From assembly GCA_964634545.1 (NCBI GenBank), contig CAZWIW010000005.1, positions 1 through 58,971 of the forward strand: a DNA stretch of 58,971 nt. The letters run 5' to 3'. The notes beneath the pieces were generated by a model. It searched no databases and was not told where the DNA came from. It was given only the letters and a program-made list of their open reading frames with translations. A program made the translations under genes and the position numbers. Of the stretch, positions 50,922-58,971 are shown in pieces. Within the stretch, counting starts at the first letter, position 1, and the number at the start of each line of letters is the position of its first letter. This DNA comes from an uncultured Rubrivirga sp. (GTDB lineage Bacteria > Actinomycetota > Actinomycetes > S36-B12).

Positions 50922-51743
50922 CTACTTGATGACGACGATGGCTTGATGGTTCTCGACGGCCAATCGGCCATCGCTGGTCCATAGCCTGCGGGTTTCGGTC
51001 GTGAAGCCGGCTTCGGCGTCGGCCACCCAAGACTCAAATGCCAGTGGCTCCGCGGGATCGACCGTGGCCGGATCGACCAAGAGATGGGCACTGAAGGACA
51101 CCGTGGCCATCGGCCGCACCTGCGCGAGCGATCCCACTGTCACGTAAGTCGCGGGCCACCAGGCATCGACGATGCCCAGCATGGTCGCAGCGCTCCAAGC
51201 CGACCATTGCTCTCCCTCGGCCGGGCCGATCCAGCCCAGGCACCGCGGCGAGGCCCCACTACCGGGGATGCCGTCAACCGGACGGAAGGCGAAGTGCGCA
51301 CCGAACGGCGGCCCGAAGGGTGGTTCCACCGGAACGGTTCCCACCTCGCTCCACGGCGGGAGGGTCGGCGCGACACCCACTCCCCAACGCTGCCCACTTT
51401 CCACTGGACGGTCGGTTCCGGTGATCACTACCGCTTGCGAGGCGAGTTGATCGTCGCCTCCGTGCAGCCGCACCTGCCAGGTGCTCATTGCCGAGCCCTC
51501 GCGCAGGCATTCGACGTCCACGGTGGCCGGACCTTCGGGAAGCGCCCCGAAAAGGTGAGCGGCGATATTGCGTACGCGCCGACTCGGATCGACAGCAGCC
51601 TGCGCCTGTTGCGCAGCCTTCACTTGTGCGGCGACAACGAGACCGCCCCACGCACCACGACCTTGCAGCCAGCCGGTGGGCACATCCCAAGAGAAAGTTC
51701 CCGGAGCTACCGGAGTGATATCGCTGCCGCTATCGAGGTTCAC
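50922..51743 (-). CDS. acyl-CoA thioesterase-like (double hotdog, TesB-like) protein
   Basis: 273-aa ORF whose size and sequence pattern fit actinobacterial thioesterase-family proteins. 4-nt overlap with the upstream L,D-transpeptidase stop. Lower certainty, as no catalytic motif was checked. Confidence 0.6.
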   Translation of the reverse strand: MNLDSGSDITPVAPGTFSWDVPTGWLQGRGAWGGLVVAAQVKAAQQAQAAVDPSRRVRNIAAHLFGALPEGPATVDVECLREGSAMSTWQVRLHGGDDQLASQAVVITGTDRPVESGQRWGVGVAPTLPPWSEVGTVPVEPPFGPPFGAHFAFRPVDGIPGSGASPRCLGWIGPAEGEQWSAWSAATMLGIVDAWWPATYVTVGSLAQVRPMATVSFSAHLLVDPATVDPAEPLAFESWVADAEAGFTTETRRLWTSDGRLAVENHQAIVVIK

Positions 51744-53116
51744 GCGCTGGCCGGTCGAGCCTGATCGATGTCACCTTCGACTTCGCTGGCGTCAACGTTG
51801 CGGTTGCCGTTGCCGAGCGCGGACTTCTTCAGCCACTTGTTCCACGGGATGTTCCACAGTCCGCCGGGACCGTTCCACGGTTCCATCATGTCGCCACCGG
51901 TATTGCGGAAAGTGACGACGTCACCGGGAATGGTGTTGTCGAACACCCATTTCGCATCCTTTGCGTACATGTTGGTGCACCCGTGCGAGCCGTTGTAACG
52001 ACCGAGGCGACCGTAGGCCCAGGGAGCCGAATGCAGAAACTCTCCGGTGGGTGTCAAGCGGGTGTTCCAGGGTGCGTCGAGTTCGTAGAAGTCATCGGGG
52101 TCGGTCAGACCCAAGCTCGCGCTCCGGTAGACCTTGAACTCTTCCTTGTCGGTGCTGACCACCTTTGCCCCGTTGCGGGTCTCCCAACCCGGTTTGCCCA
52201 GCGAAACCGGGAAGTTCTCCACGCGCTTACCATCGATGAATACCTTCATCCGCTTGCTCGCGCCGTCGACCTCCGCGATCAACGAACGGTCGGTGCGGAA
52301 GGTGAACACCTGCTCGAGTTTGTTGGCGCCGATCAGGTATCGACCCTTGGACTTCCCGAGACCGACGTCATCGAGTGTGGACGTGATTTCGATGGTCGAG
52401 TTACCCGGCCAAAAGTCCTTCGGGCGGAAAATTGCGGTGCGATCGTTGATCCAACCCCACGCACCTTGCACTTCGGTGGTGCGGCCGTCGTCGTTCGTCG
52501 CAGTTACGACAAGGTGCCGTTCGACGGCTCGCTTGTCTGGAATGGCTCGGTTGAACTTCAACTGTGGCAAGGTGCCGACGCCAAGCTTGGTCCGAGCACC
52601 GCTGACGCCGAGGCTGTTGCCGGCGGCTTCGAATTTGGCATTGACGCGGGTGCGTGGGCGCGGCAGCGGCGTCGGCTTGTTCGGATCAGCACCGGGGGCC
52701 AACTCCGGGATCGTGGGTGGCGCGGCGACTGGGCTCGAAACCCCCGCCGGTCCCACCGCGCGCAAAGCCGGTCGGTATTGACGGCCGTTCGTCAAGTCCG
52801 AAAGCCCGCAGGTGCCGCTGAGATCGGGGCAGTCGAACCACGAGTAGCCATCCGGCGAAGCCTGAACGCCGGTGACGGTCGCAGCCTTACTCGGCCGGTA
52901 GGTCAAGATGATCGAGCCGTCGGCCGCGGTCGCATCGAGCAGGGTGGGGGCTGCCGGTAGGGCGGTGCTTTGCGACGTTCCGCTACCCGCGGGGCCATCG
53001 ATGGTCTCTTGGGCGTTCGCGGCCTGGCCACTCACGGTCATCGATGCGACGAGCGCCAAGGATGCGGCGGTAGCCACGAGAGCGCGGCGCACAAGGATCC
53101 CCCGGGGAAGTTGCAT
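51740..53116 (-). CDS. L,D-transpeptidase (YkuD domain) with N-terminal Ig/FnIII-like domains
   Basis: 458-aa ORF with a signal peptide and the catalytic motif HSAPWAYGRLGRYNGSHGCTNM. Confidence 0.85.
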   Translation of the reverse strand: MQLPRGILVRRALVATAASLALVASMTVSGQAANAQETIDGPAGSGTSQSTALPAAPTLLDATAADGSIILTYRPSKAATVTGVQASPDGYSWFDCPDLSGTCGLSDLTNGRQYRPALRAVGPAGVSSPVAAPPTIPELAPGADPNKPTPLPRPRTRVNAKFEAAGNSLGVSGARTKLGVGTLPQLKFNRAIPDKRAVERHLVVTATNDDGRTTEVQGAWGWINDRTAIFRPKDFWPGNSTIEITSTLDDVGLGKSKGRYLIGANKLEQVFTFRTDRSLIAEVDGASKRMKVFIDGKRVENFPVSLGKPGWETRNGAKVVSTDKEEFKVYRSASLGLTDPDDFYELDAPWNTRLTPTGEFLHSAPWAYGRLGRYNGSHGCTNMYAKDAKWVFDNTIPGDVVTFRNTGGDMMEPWNGPGGLWNIPWNKWLKKSALGNGNRNVDASEVEGDIDQARPASA

Positions 53117-53177
53117 ACCCGAAATGTACGACGACTGGATACGCCCCGGTCAACTCGCATCCCTACGATGAACCCTC

Positions 53178-53534
53178 GTGGGACTGTTCGATCGATTCAA
53201 GTTGCCTACTGTCAAGCCCGCACAGGCACAGGAAATGCTCAAATCCGGGGCCACGCTGCTCGACGTCCGGGACAACTCCGAGTGGAACGCCGGCCACGCC
53301 CCCGGGGCGGTGCACATACCGGTACGCAACGTGGGCGCCCAGGCCACCAAGCGCCTGCCCAAGGGGCGCCCCGTGATCGTCACGTGCCGGACCGGCTCGC
53401 GGTCACGCGGAGCAACCCGCATCCTGCGTGAGAAGGGAATCGAGGCCTACAACCTCGCGGGCGGGATGAGTGCCTGGGAATCGGCCGGCGGCAGGTTGAT
53501 CGGGAAAGGCAACCGGCCCGGAACCATCGCCTAG
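53178..53534 (+). CDS. rhodanese-like sulfurtransferase domain protein
   Basis: 118-aa ORF with LLDVRDNSEW and the active-site loop CRTGSRS. Confidence 0.85.
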   Translation: MGLFDRFKLPTVKPAQAQEMLKSGATLLDVRDNSEWNAGHAPGAVHIPVRNVGAQATKRLPKGRPVIVTCRTGSRSRGATRILREKGIEAYNLAGGMSAWESAGGRLIGKGNRPGTIA

Positions 53535-53547
53535 CACGCCTGGCCAC

Positions 53548-54288
53548 TTACCAGGGAACGATCTCGCGGTCCTCCCACAGCAGTCCGGTTTGAACAACAT
53601 CGCCATCGAGGTTCCGATCGTCTCGGTCGGCCAACCACACGACGGTCTCGGCGCCCTCTTTCGCGCTACGGGGCGCATCCGGGCCACCCATGTCCGTTCG
53701 ACAGTGGCCAGGACACACCGCATCGACGAGCACGCCGCGCTGCCCCCACTGCATCTCGGCCGCGAAGTTGCGCACCATCGCGTTGAGCGCCGCCTTGCTG
53801 ATGCGGTACGGCGCCAACCCACCCGCAGTACCCGGCCCGGAGAAGCGGCCTAGGCAGGCCGATAGCGCGATGACCCGACCCGAACGCCGCTTGGCGAGGT
53901 CTTGGCCGAAGGTCTCTAGCGAATAGAAGGCCGCATCGAGGTTGGTTGCCATGACCCGTCGCCACTCGTGCGGACTCGTGCGCAACGTGCGGGTCATCTT
54001 CTCGGCCATCACTCCCGCCGAAAGCACCAAGACATCGGGGCCGCCAAGGGGCCCGAGTCGCTCGCGCAGCGCGTGCAGCGCCACTGGATCGGTCGCATCG
54101 ACCGCCTCGCCCACTGCGTCAATGCCCTCGGCCTGCAGTTCCTCGGCCGCCTGCGCGGCGCGCTGCGGATCTCGCCCCAGCAGCACCACCGAAGCCCCCT
54201 TCTCACCCAGACCGCGGGCGACTTCCAGGCCGATTCCGCGGGTGCCACCGGTCACGAGCGCCACGGTGTCCGAGGTGAGGTATCCCAT
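53548..54288 (-). CDS. short-chain dehydrogenase/reductase (SDR)
   Basis: The ATG at 54288 gives MGYLTSDTVALVTGGTRGIG (TGxxxGxG), with catalytic YRISK. The 387-aa ORF extension to 54711 would overlap kgd and is Arg/Trp-rich nonsense. Confidence 0.85.
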   Translation of the reverse strand: MGYLTSDTVALVTGGTRGIGLEVARGLGEKGASVVLLGRDPQRAAQAAEELQAEGIDAVGEAVDATDPVALHALRERLGPLGGPDVLVLSAGVMAEKMTRTLRTSPHEWRRVMATNLDAAFYSLETFGQDLAKRRSGRVIALSACLGRFSGPGTAGGLAPYRISKAALNAMVRNFAAEMQWGQRGVLVDAVCPGHCRTDMGGPDAPRSAKEGAETVVWLADRDDRNLDGDVVQTGLLWEDREIVPW

Positions 54289-54383
54289 GGGAGAACCTTG
54301 CTGCCCAGACCGGCGACGCGCATCCGCACCGAGGGTGACTACTGTTGCGTTCGCATCGAATTCGCGTGCGAGAGGACCACGCA

Positions 54384-57300
54384 GTGGCCAGTGAGCCCCC
54401 CACCCATGTGACCAGCCGGTTCGGCCCGAACGAGTGGTTGGTCGACGAGATCTACGAGCAGTTCCTGCGCGACAAGAATTCCGTCGACCCTGCTTGGTGG
54501 GACTTCTTCGAGGACTACACCCCGGCGGAGTACTCCCCTGCCGCGGCAATGAAACCGGCAGCCGCCCCGGCCTCCGGCGCCGCACCTGCAGGAGCTCCGG
54601 CAGCCAGCGCCGCTGCCTCAACCACTCCAGCGCCCAGCGGTCCCACGGCACAGACACCCACAACGCAGACACCCACCACCCAGACACCCGCAGCCAGCGC
54701 GACACCACCACCGGCGAGCACCGACCAGCCGGAAGCCGAGCCGCAGGGCGTGCAACCGACGATCTTGCGCGGCGCCCCCGGACGGGTGGTCGCGAACATG
54801 GAAGCCAGCCTCTCGGTTCCCACGGCCACCAGCGTGCGTTCGGTGCCGGTGAAGTTGCTGTGGGATAACCGGGTCGTCATCAACAACCATCTGGCGCGCG
54901 GACGCGGCGGCAAGGTCTCCTTCACCCACATCATCGGTTTCGCGATGGTGCGGGCAGCGGCCGAGATTCCGGCGATGAACTACTCCTTCACCACAGTCGA
55001 CGGCAAGCCCGCGGTGCTGGAGAACGACGACGTCAACCTCGGCTTGGCCATCGACATGGCGAAGGAAGACGGAACGCGGCAACTGCTCGTGCCCAACATC
55101 AAGGGTGCGCAGGCGATGGACTTCGCGACGTTCTGGGCCAGCTACGAAGAGGTGGTTCGCCGCGCTCGGGGAGGAAAGCTCGAGGTCTCGGATTTCGTGG
55201 GCACCACCATCTCGCTGACTAACCCGGGCACCATCGGCACGAACCATTCGGTGCCGCGCTTGATGGAGGGTCAGGGGTGCATCGTCGGCGTCGGCGCAAT
55301 GGAGTACCCGGCCGATTGGCAAGGAGCGTCCGAGGAAGCGATCGTGCGCAACGCGGTCTCCAAGATCATGACGCTCACCAGCACCTACGACCACCGGATC
55401 ATCCAGGGCGCGCAGTCCGGCGAATTCCTACGCCGCATCCATCAACTACTACTCGGCGAAGACGACTTCTACGGCGAGATCTTCCGCTCCTTGCGGATTC
55501 CTTACGAACCGGTGCGCTGGTCGCACGATCTCTCCGCTAGCCATGAGACCGATCTGGACAAGACGGTTCGGGTGCAGGAGATCATCCACGCCTACCGGGT
55601 GCGCGGTCACCTCATGGCCGACACCGATCCTCTCGAATACGCCCAGCGCACCCATCCCGATCTCGACGTCCTCAGCCACGGGTTGACCTTGTGGGATCTC
55701 GACCGCGAATTCCCCACCGGTGGCTTCGGTAGCCGACCTTTGATGAAGTTGCGCGAGATCCTCGGCGTATTGCGCGATGCCTACACGCGCACTGTGGGTA
55801 TCGAGTACATGCACATGCAAGATCCCGAGCAACGCCGCTGGATCCAAGAGCGCGTGGAAATCCCGCACGTCAAGCCCAGTCGCGACGAACAACTGCGCAT
55901 CTTGAACAAGCTCAATGAGTCCGAAGCGCTCGAGACCTTCTTGCACACCAAGTACGTCGGCCAAAAGCGCTTCTCGCTCGAGGGCGCCGAATCCCTCATC
56001 CCACTCCTGGATGGCATCCTCACCGACGCCGCGAAGGACGACATCCTGGAAGTCGCCATCGGTATGCCGCACCGCGGACGACTCAACGTGCTGACCAACA
56101 TCGCCGGTAAGTCCTACGGCCAGGTCTTCCGTGAGTTCGAAGGCAACTACGGCGACGATTCGGTACAGGGCTCAGGCGACGTGAAGTACCACCTGGGGAC
56201 CACCGGCTCCTTCCTCACCCCCGAGGGCGAGTACACCTCGGTTTACATCGCCGCGAATCCGTCGCACCTCGAAGCTGTTGACCCAGTACTCGAGGGCATC
56301 GTGCGCGCCAAGCAGGACCTACTGCCGAAGGAACGACGCACCGACATCCTGCCCGTGCTCATCCATGGCGACGCCGCCTTCGCAGGGCAAGGTGTGGTCG
56401 CCGAGACCCTCAACCTGTCCCAACTCCAGGGCTATCGCACCGGCGGCACCGTGCATGTGGTGGTGAACAACCAAGTCGGTTTCACCACGTCACCGAAGTA
56501 CGGCCGGTCTAGCGTCTACAGCACCGATGTGGCGCGCATGGTGCAAGCACCGATCTTCCATGTGAACGGAGACGACCCCGAGGCCGTGGTGCGCGTCGCG
56601 CAGTTGGCATTCGCTTTCCGACAGGCATTCCACAAGGACGTCGTGATTGATCTGGTCTGCTACCGGCGGCGTGGACACAACGAGGCAGACGATCCCTCGT
56701 TGACCCAGCCGCGCATGTACTCGCTCATCGATGCCAAGCGTTCGGTGCGCAAGCACTACACCGAGGCGTTGATCGGTCGAGGCGACATCACGGTCGACGA
56801 AGCCGAGACCGCGTTGAAGCACTTCCAAGAACAACTCGAGCGCGTGTTCCAGGAATCCCGCGCGGCAGGTGAGCAGTCCGAGGAAGACGATTTCGCAGCC
56901 CGCGCGAAGGACATCATCGAGACCGGCCAACTCGATCTCGCGCCGCAGACTCCCTTCACCGAAGTGGACACCGCGATCAGCACCGAACAGATCGAGACAG
57001 TCATCGACTCGCAACTCACGTTGCCCGAGGGCTTTCAAGTTCATCCTCGCTTGGCGCCGCAGCTGCAACGGCGTGCCCAGATGGTCGCCGACGACAGCAT
57101 CGATTGGGGCATGGCCGAAGCGATGGCCGTCGGCTCACTATTGATGGAGGGCCGCACCGTCCGGTTGTCCGGGCAAGACTCCCGCCGCGGAACGTTCGGC
57201 CACCGCCACATGGTGATCGTGGACAAGGAAACCGGCTGGCAGTACAAGCCACTCAAGGCGTGCTACCGAGATGGCGGGAAGCTCTACGTCTACGACTCCC

Positions 57301-58109
57301 TGCTCAGCGAATTCGCGGTACTGGGCTTCGAGTACGGCTACTCCGTCGCCCGGCCCGATGCGCTGGTGATGTGGGAGGCGCAGTTCGGCGATTTCGTCAA
57401 CGGCGCCCAAACCATTACCGATGAGTTCATTTCCTCCGGGGAGCAGAAGTGGGCGCAGCGCTCGGCCGTCACGCTGCTGCTACCGCACGGGCACGAGGGT
57501 CAGGGGCCGGATCACTCGAGCGCGCGCCTCGAGCGCTTCTTGCAGTTATGCGCCCAAGACAACATGACCGTAGCCATGCCGAGCACGCCGGCTTCCTACT
57601 TCCATCTACTGCGCTGGCAGGTCTTCAGCCGACTCACCCGTCCATTGATCATCTTCACGCCGAAGTCCTTGCTACGCGCCAAGCACGCGGTGTCTTCCAA
57701 GGCTGACTTCACCTCCGGCACCTTCCAGCCGATCCTGCTCGATCCCGAGCACGAGGGAGCGAACATCACCAAGGTGCTGCTGTGCAGCGGCAAGGTCTAC
57801 TACGACCTCGCCGCGTACCGAGATGAACACGGTCTGCACGACACTGCGATCTTGCGCTTCGAGCGTCTGTACCCGATTCCGTTCCGGCTGCCCGAGGTGA
57901 TGGAGCGATACCCGAACGCCGAAATCCGTTGGGTGCAAGAAGAGCCCGCGAACCAGGGTGCCTGGAGTTTCATCGCGATGAATGCCCCCGGCATGATCAA
58001 CCGACCGATCGAAGGGGTCGCGCGACCGCCGTCATCCTCACCGGCAGTCGGCACCCACCAGCGGCACGTGATCGAGCAGCAGGCGATCGTCGAGCGCGCG
58101 TTCGCTTAG
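54384..58109 (+). CDS. kgd: multifunctional 2-oxoglutarate decarboxylase/dehydrogenase E1 with an N-terminal E2-like acyltransferase domain (Kgd/OdhA type)
   Basis: Contains FGPNEWLVDEIYEQF at the N-terminus, a Pro/Thr/Ala linker, a succinyltransferase-like core (DHRIIQGAQSGEFL) and a ThDP E1 body. The GTG at 54384 has GAGAGGA 8 nt upstream; the ORF is open from 54345. Confidence 0.93.
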   Translation: MASEPPTHVTSRFGPNEWLVDEIYEQFLRDKNSVDPAWWDFFEDYTPAEYSPAAAMKPAAAPASGAAPAGAPAASAAASTTPAPSGPTAQTPTTQTPTTQTPAASATPPPASTDQPEAEPQGVQPTILRGAPGRVVANMEASLSVPTATSVRSVPVKLLWDNRVVINNHLARGRGGKVSFTHIIGFAMVRAAAEIPAMNYSFTTVDGKPAVLENDDVNLGLAIDMAKEDGTRQLLVPNIKGAQAMDFATFWASYEEVVRRARGGKLEVSDFVGTTISLTNPGTIGTNHSVPRLMEGQGCIVGVGAMEYPADWQGASEEAIVRNAVSKIMTLTSTYDHRIIQGAQSGEFLRRIHQLLLGEDDFYGEIFRSLRIPYEPVRWSHDLSASHETDLDKTVRVQEIIHAYRVRGHLMADTDPLEYAQRTHPDLDVLSHGLTLWDLDREFPTGGFGSRPLMKLREILGVLRDAYTRTVGIEYMHMQDPEQRRWIQERVEIPHVKPSRDEQLRILNKLNESEALETFLHTKYVGQKRFSLEGAESLIPLLDGILTDAAKDDILEVAIGMPHRGRLNVLTNIAGKSYGQVFREFEGNYGDDSVQGSGDVKYHLGTTGSFLTPEGEYTSVYIAANPSHLEAVDPVLEGIVRAKQDLLPKERRTDILPVLIHGDAAFAGQGVVAETLNLSQLQGYRTGGTVHVVVNNQVGFTTSPKYGRSSVYSTDVARMVQAPIFHVNGDDPEAVVRVAQLAFAFRQAFHKDVVIDLVCYRRRGHNEADDPSLTQPRMYSLIDAKRSVRKHYTEALIGRGDITVDEAETALKHFQEQLERVFQESRAAGEQSEEDDFAARAKDIIETGQLDLAPQTPFTEVDTAISTEQIETVIDSQLTLPEGFQVHPRLAPQLQRRAQMVADDSIDWGMAEAMAVGSLLMEGRTVRLSGQDSRRGTFGHRHMVIVDKETGWQYKPLKACYRDGGKLYVYDSLLSEFAVLGFEYGYSVARPDALVMWEAQFGDFVNGAQTITDEFISSGEQKWAQRSAVTLLLPHGHEGQGPDHSSARLERFLQLCAQDNMTVAMPSTPASYFHLLRWQVFSRLTRPLIIFTPKSLLRAKHAVSSKADFTSGTFQPILLDPEHEGANITKVLLCSGKVYYDLAAYRDEHGLHDTAILRFERLYPIPFRLPEVMERYPNAEIRWVQEEPANQGAWSFIAMNAPGMINRPIEGVARPPSSSPAVGTHQRHVIEQQAIVERAFA

Positions 58110-58118
58110 GAGCAGTCC

Positions 58119-58313
58119 GTGTACTTCACCGATCGTGGCATCGAGGAATTGCAGCGTCGTCGCGGCGAGGAGGATGTCACTTTCGAGTGGCTCGGTGATC
58201 GCATGCAGGAGTTCGTGAATCTGCACCCGGAGTTCGAGACTCCGGTCGAACGACTCGCCACCTGGCTAGCCCGACTCGATGACGACAGCGACGACGATAT
58301 CGACGACGACTGA
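58119..58313 (+). CDS. small conserved acidic protein (hypothetical)
   Basis: 64-aa ORF starting 9 nt after the kgd stop, with a DDDSDDDIDDD C-terminal tail. Confidence 0.5.
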   Translation: MYFTDRGIEELQRRRGEEDVTFEWLGDRMQEFVNLHPEFETPVERLATWLARLDDDSDDDIDDD

Positions 58314-58326
58314 GTTACCGACCAGG

Positions 58327-58629
58327 TCACGAGCGCCGAAGCGGTCGCACCCGAAACAGGACCCGCCCCCGGATCGACTCTTGTCGTATTGCGCCGAAGT
58401 GCCGGCTGTCGGTGCTCTCCTCGGGGTTGTCCCCTTCGACCCACCAGCCCTCGCCGGCCGGGCGCACGACTCTTTTGACGGTTAGCAATTCGGGACGTTC
58501 GGGGTGCTGCACCAGCACGACATCGCCCGCCTTAACCGCTGCCCGAAGCGCCACCAGATACACCTCACCGTTGCGCAGTTGCGGCTCCATCGAGGGCCCC
58601 ACGATGCGAACGGTGGCCAGTGAGATCAC
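58327..58629 (-). CDS. sodX: Ni-SOD maturation protease SodX (S26 signal-peptidase family)
   Basis: 100-aa ORF with GPSMEP (catalytic Ser), VKRV (Lys) and GDNPEESTDSR motifs. It is divergent from sodN. Confidence 0.75.
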   Translation of the reverse strand: MISLATVRIVGPSMEPQLRNGEVYLVALRAAVKAGDVVLVQHPERPELLTVKRVVRPAGEGWWVEGDNPEESTDSRHFGAIRQESIRGRVLFRVRPLRRS

Positions 58630-58727
58630 CGACCTATCCTCGCGGCCTCTCCTCGCAGGTTGTGCCGTCGGGCGGCGCTACTAGGCTTCGGGTAATCGAG
58701 ACACGGCCAACCCCGAAGGGAATCGAC

Positions 58728-58971
58728 ATGCTCGACCGCTTGTTCCGCAACCGCCTCTTCCCCACCAGCCTTTTCCCCACCAGCACGGCGTACGCCCACT
58801 GCGATCTCCCCTGCGGCGTCTACGACCCCGCCCAGGCCCGCATCGAGGCCGAGTCCGTGAAGGCGTGCATGGAGAAGTACCACGCCTCTGACGATCCAGA
58901 GTTCCGCGCCCGCGCTATCTCCATCAAGGAAGAGCGCTCGCACCTGGTCAAGGAGCACCTGTGGGTGCTGT
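58728..58971 (+). CDS. sodN: nickel superoxide dismutase precursor (3' end beyond the window)
   Basis: Not in the ORF track because no stop lies in the window. The ATG at 58728 has GAAGGG 7 nt upstream. Translation MLDRLFRNRLFPTSLFPTSTAYA|HCDLPCGVYDPAQARIEAES contains the Ni-hook HCDLPCG. Confidence 0.9.
   Translation, partial: MLDRLFRNRLFPTSLFPTSTAYAHCDLPCGVYDPAQARIEAESVKACMEKYHASDDPEFRARAISIKEERSHLVKEHLWVL

Noticed and set aside
54289-54711. 141-aa N-terminal extension of the SDR ORF
   Set aside because: It is Trp/Arg-rich nonsense that would overlap the kgd 5' end on the opposite strand. The canonical TGxxxGxG motif starts right after the ATG at 54288.
58626-58958. 110-aa minus-strand ORF at the right edge
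   Set aside because: It is antisense to the unmistakable sodN coding sequence (HCDLPCGVYDP Ni-hook on the plus strand), so it is an artefact.

Overview
High-GC actinobacterial chromosome segment, probably Micrococcales-like judging from the fused oleBC gene. It is densely packed, and most of it is core housekeeping. About 22 kb of the minus strand carries the classic actinobacterial array argS-lysA-hom-thrC-thrB-rho-rpmE-prfA-prmC-sua5-(glyA)-wecA-atpI-like-atpBEFHAGDC, in the same order as M. tuberculosis Rv1292-Rv1311. Many junctions are 1-4 nt start/stop overlaps. The left part holds a PQQ sugar dehydrogenase, two alpha/beta hydrolases with a small Zn-ribbon protein, a tandem-domain 3-hydroxyacyl-CoA dehydrogenase, nucS, a MeaA-like B12 mutase, murA and a PduO-type adenosyltransferase. 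The right part holds cspA, tRNA-Arg(CCG), a queuosine salvage pair (yhhQ/tgt), PAC2, a GTPase, cell-wall enzymes (SLT, L,D-transpeptidase), kgd, and sodX/sodN (Ni-SOD, truncated at the window edge). Five accessory or unusual items stand out. (1) A divergent OmpR/HK two-component system sits next to a 4-gene envelope redox operon: a PepSY protein with a D20 tail, a coiled-coil anchor protein, an ApbE flavin transferase and a ferric-reductase-like membrane protein. It lies between atpC and the murA block. (2) An oleA-oleBC-oleD long-chain olefin cluster. (3) A 468-nt gene-free gap, the largest in the window, carries a candidate ~300-nt structured RNA with three GCAA-capped hairpins and a strong intrinsic terminator. 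(4) yhhQ has its only plausible start codon 2 nt after the tRNA-Arg 3' end. (5) Several in-frame tandem repeats and low-complexity tails occur. I saw no CRISPR arrays, transposases, integrases, phage genes or recognisable defence genes. I cannot point to a clear, entirely novel multi-gene system; the orphan RNA candidate and the ApbE/PepSY-polyAsp module are the best leads. All functional calls come from motif recognition by eye, with no database search.
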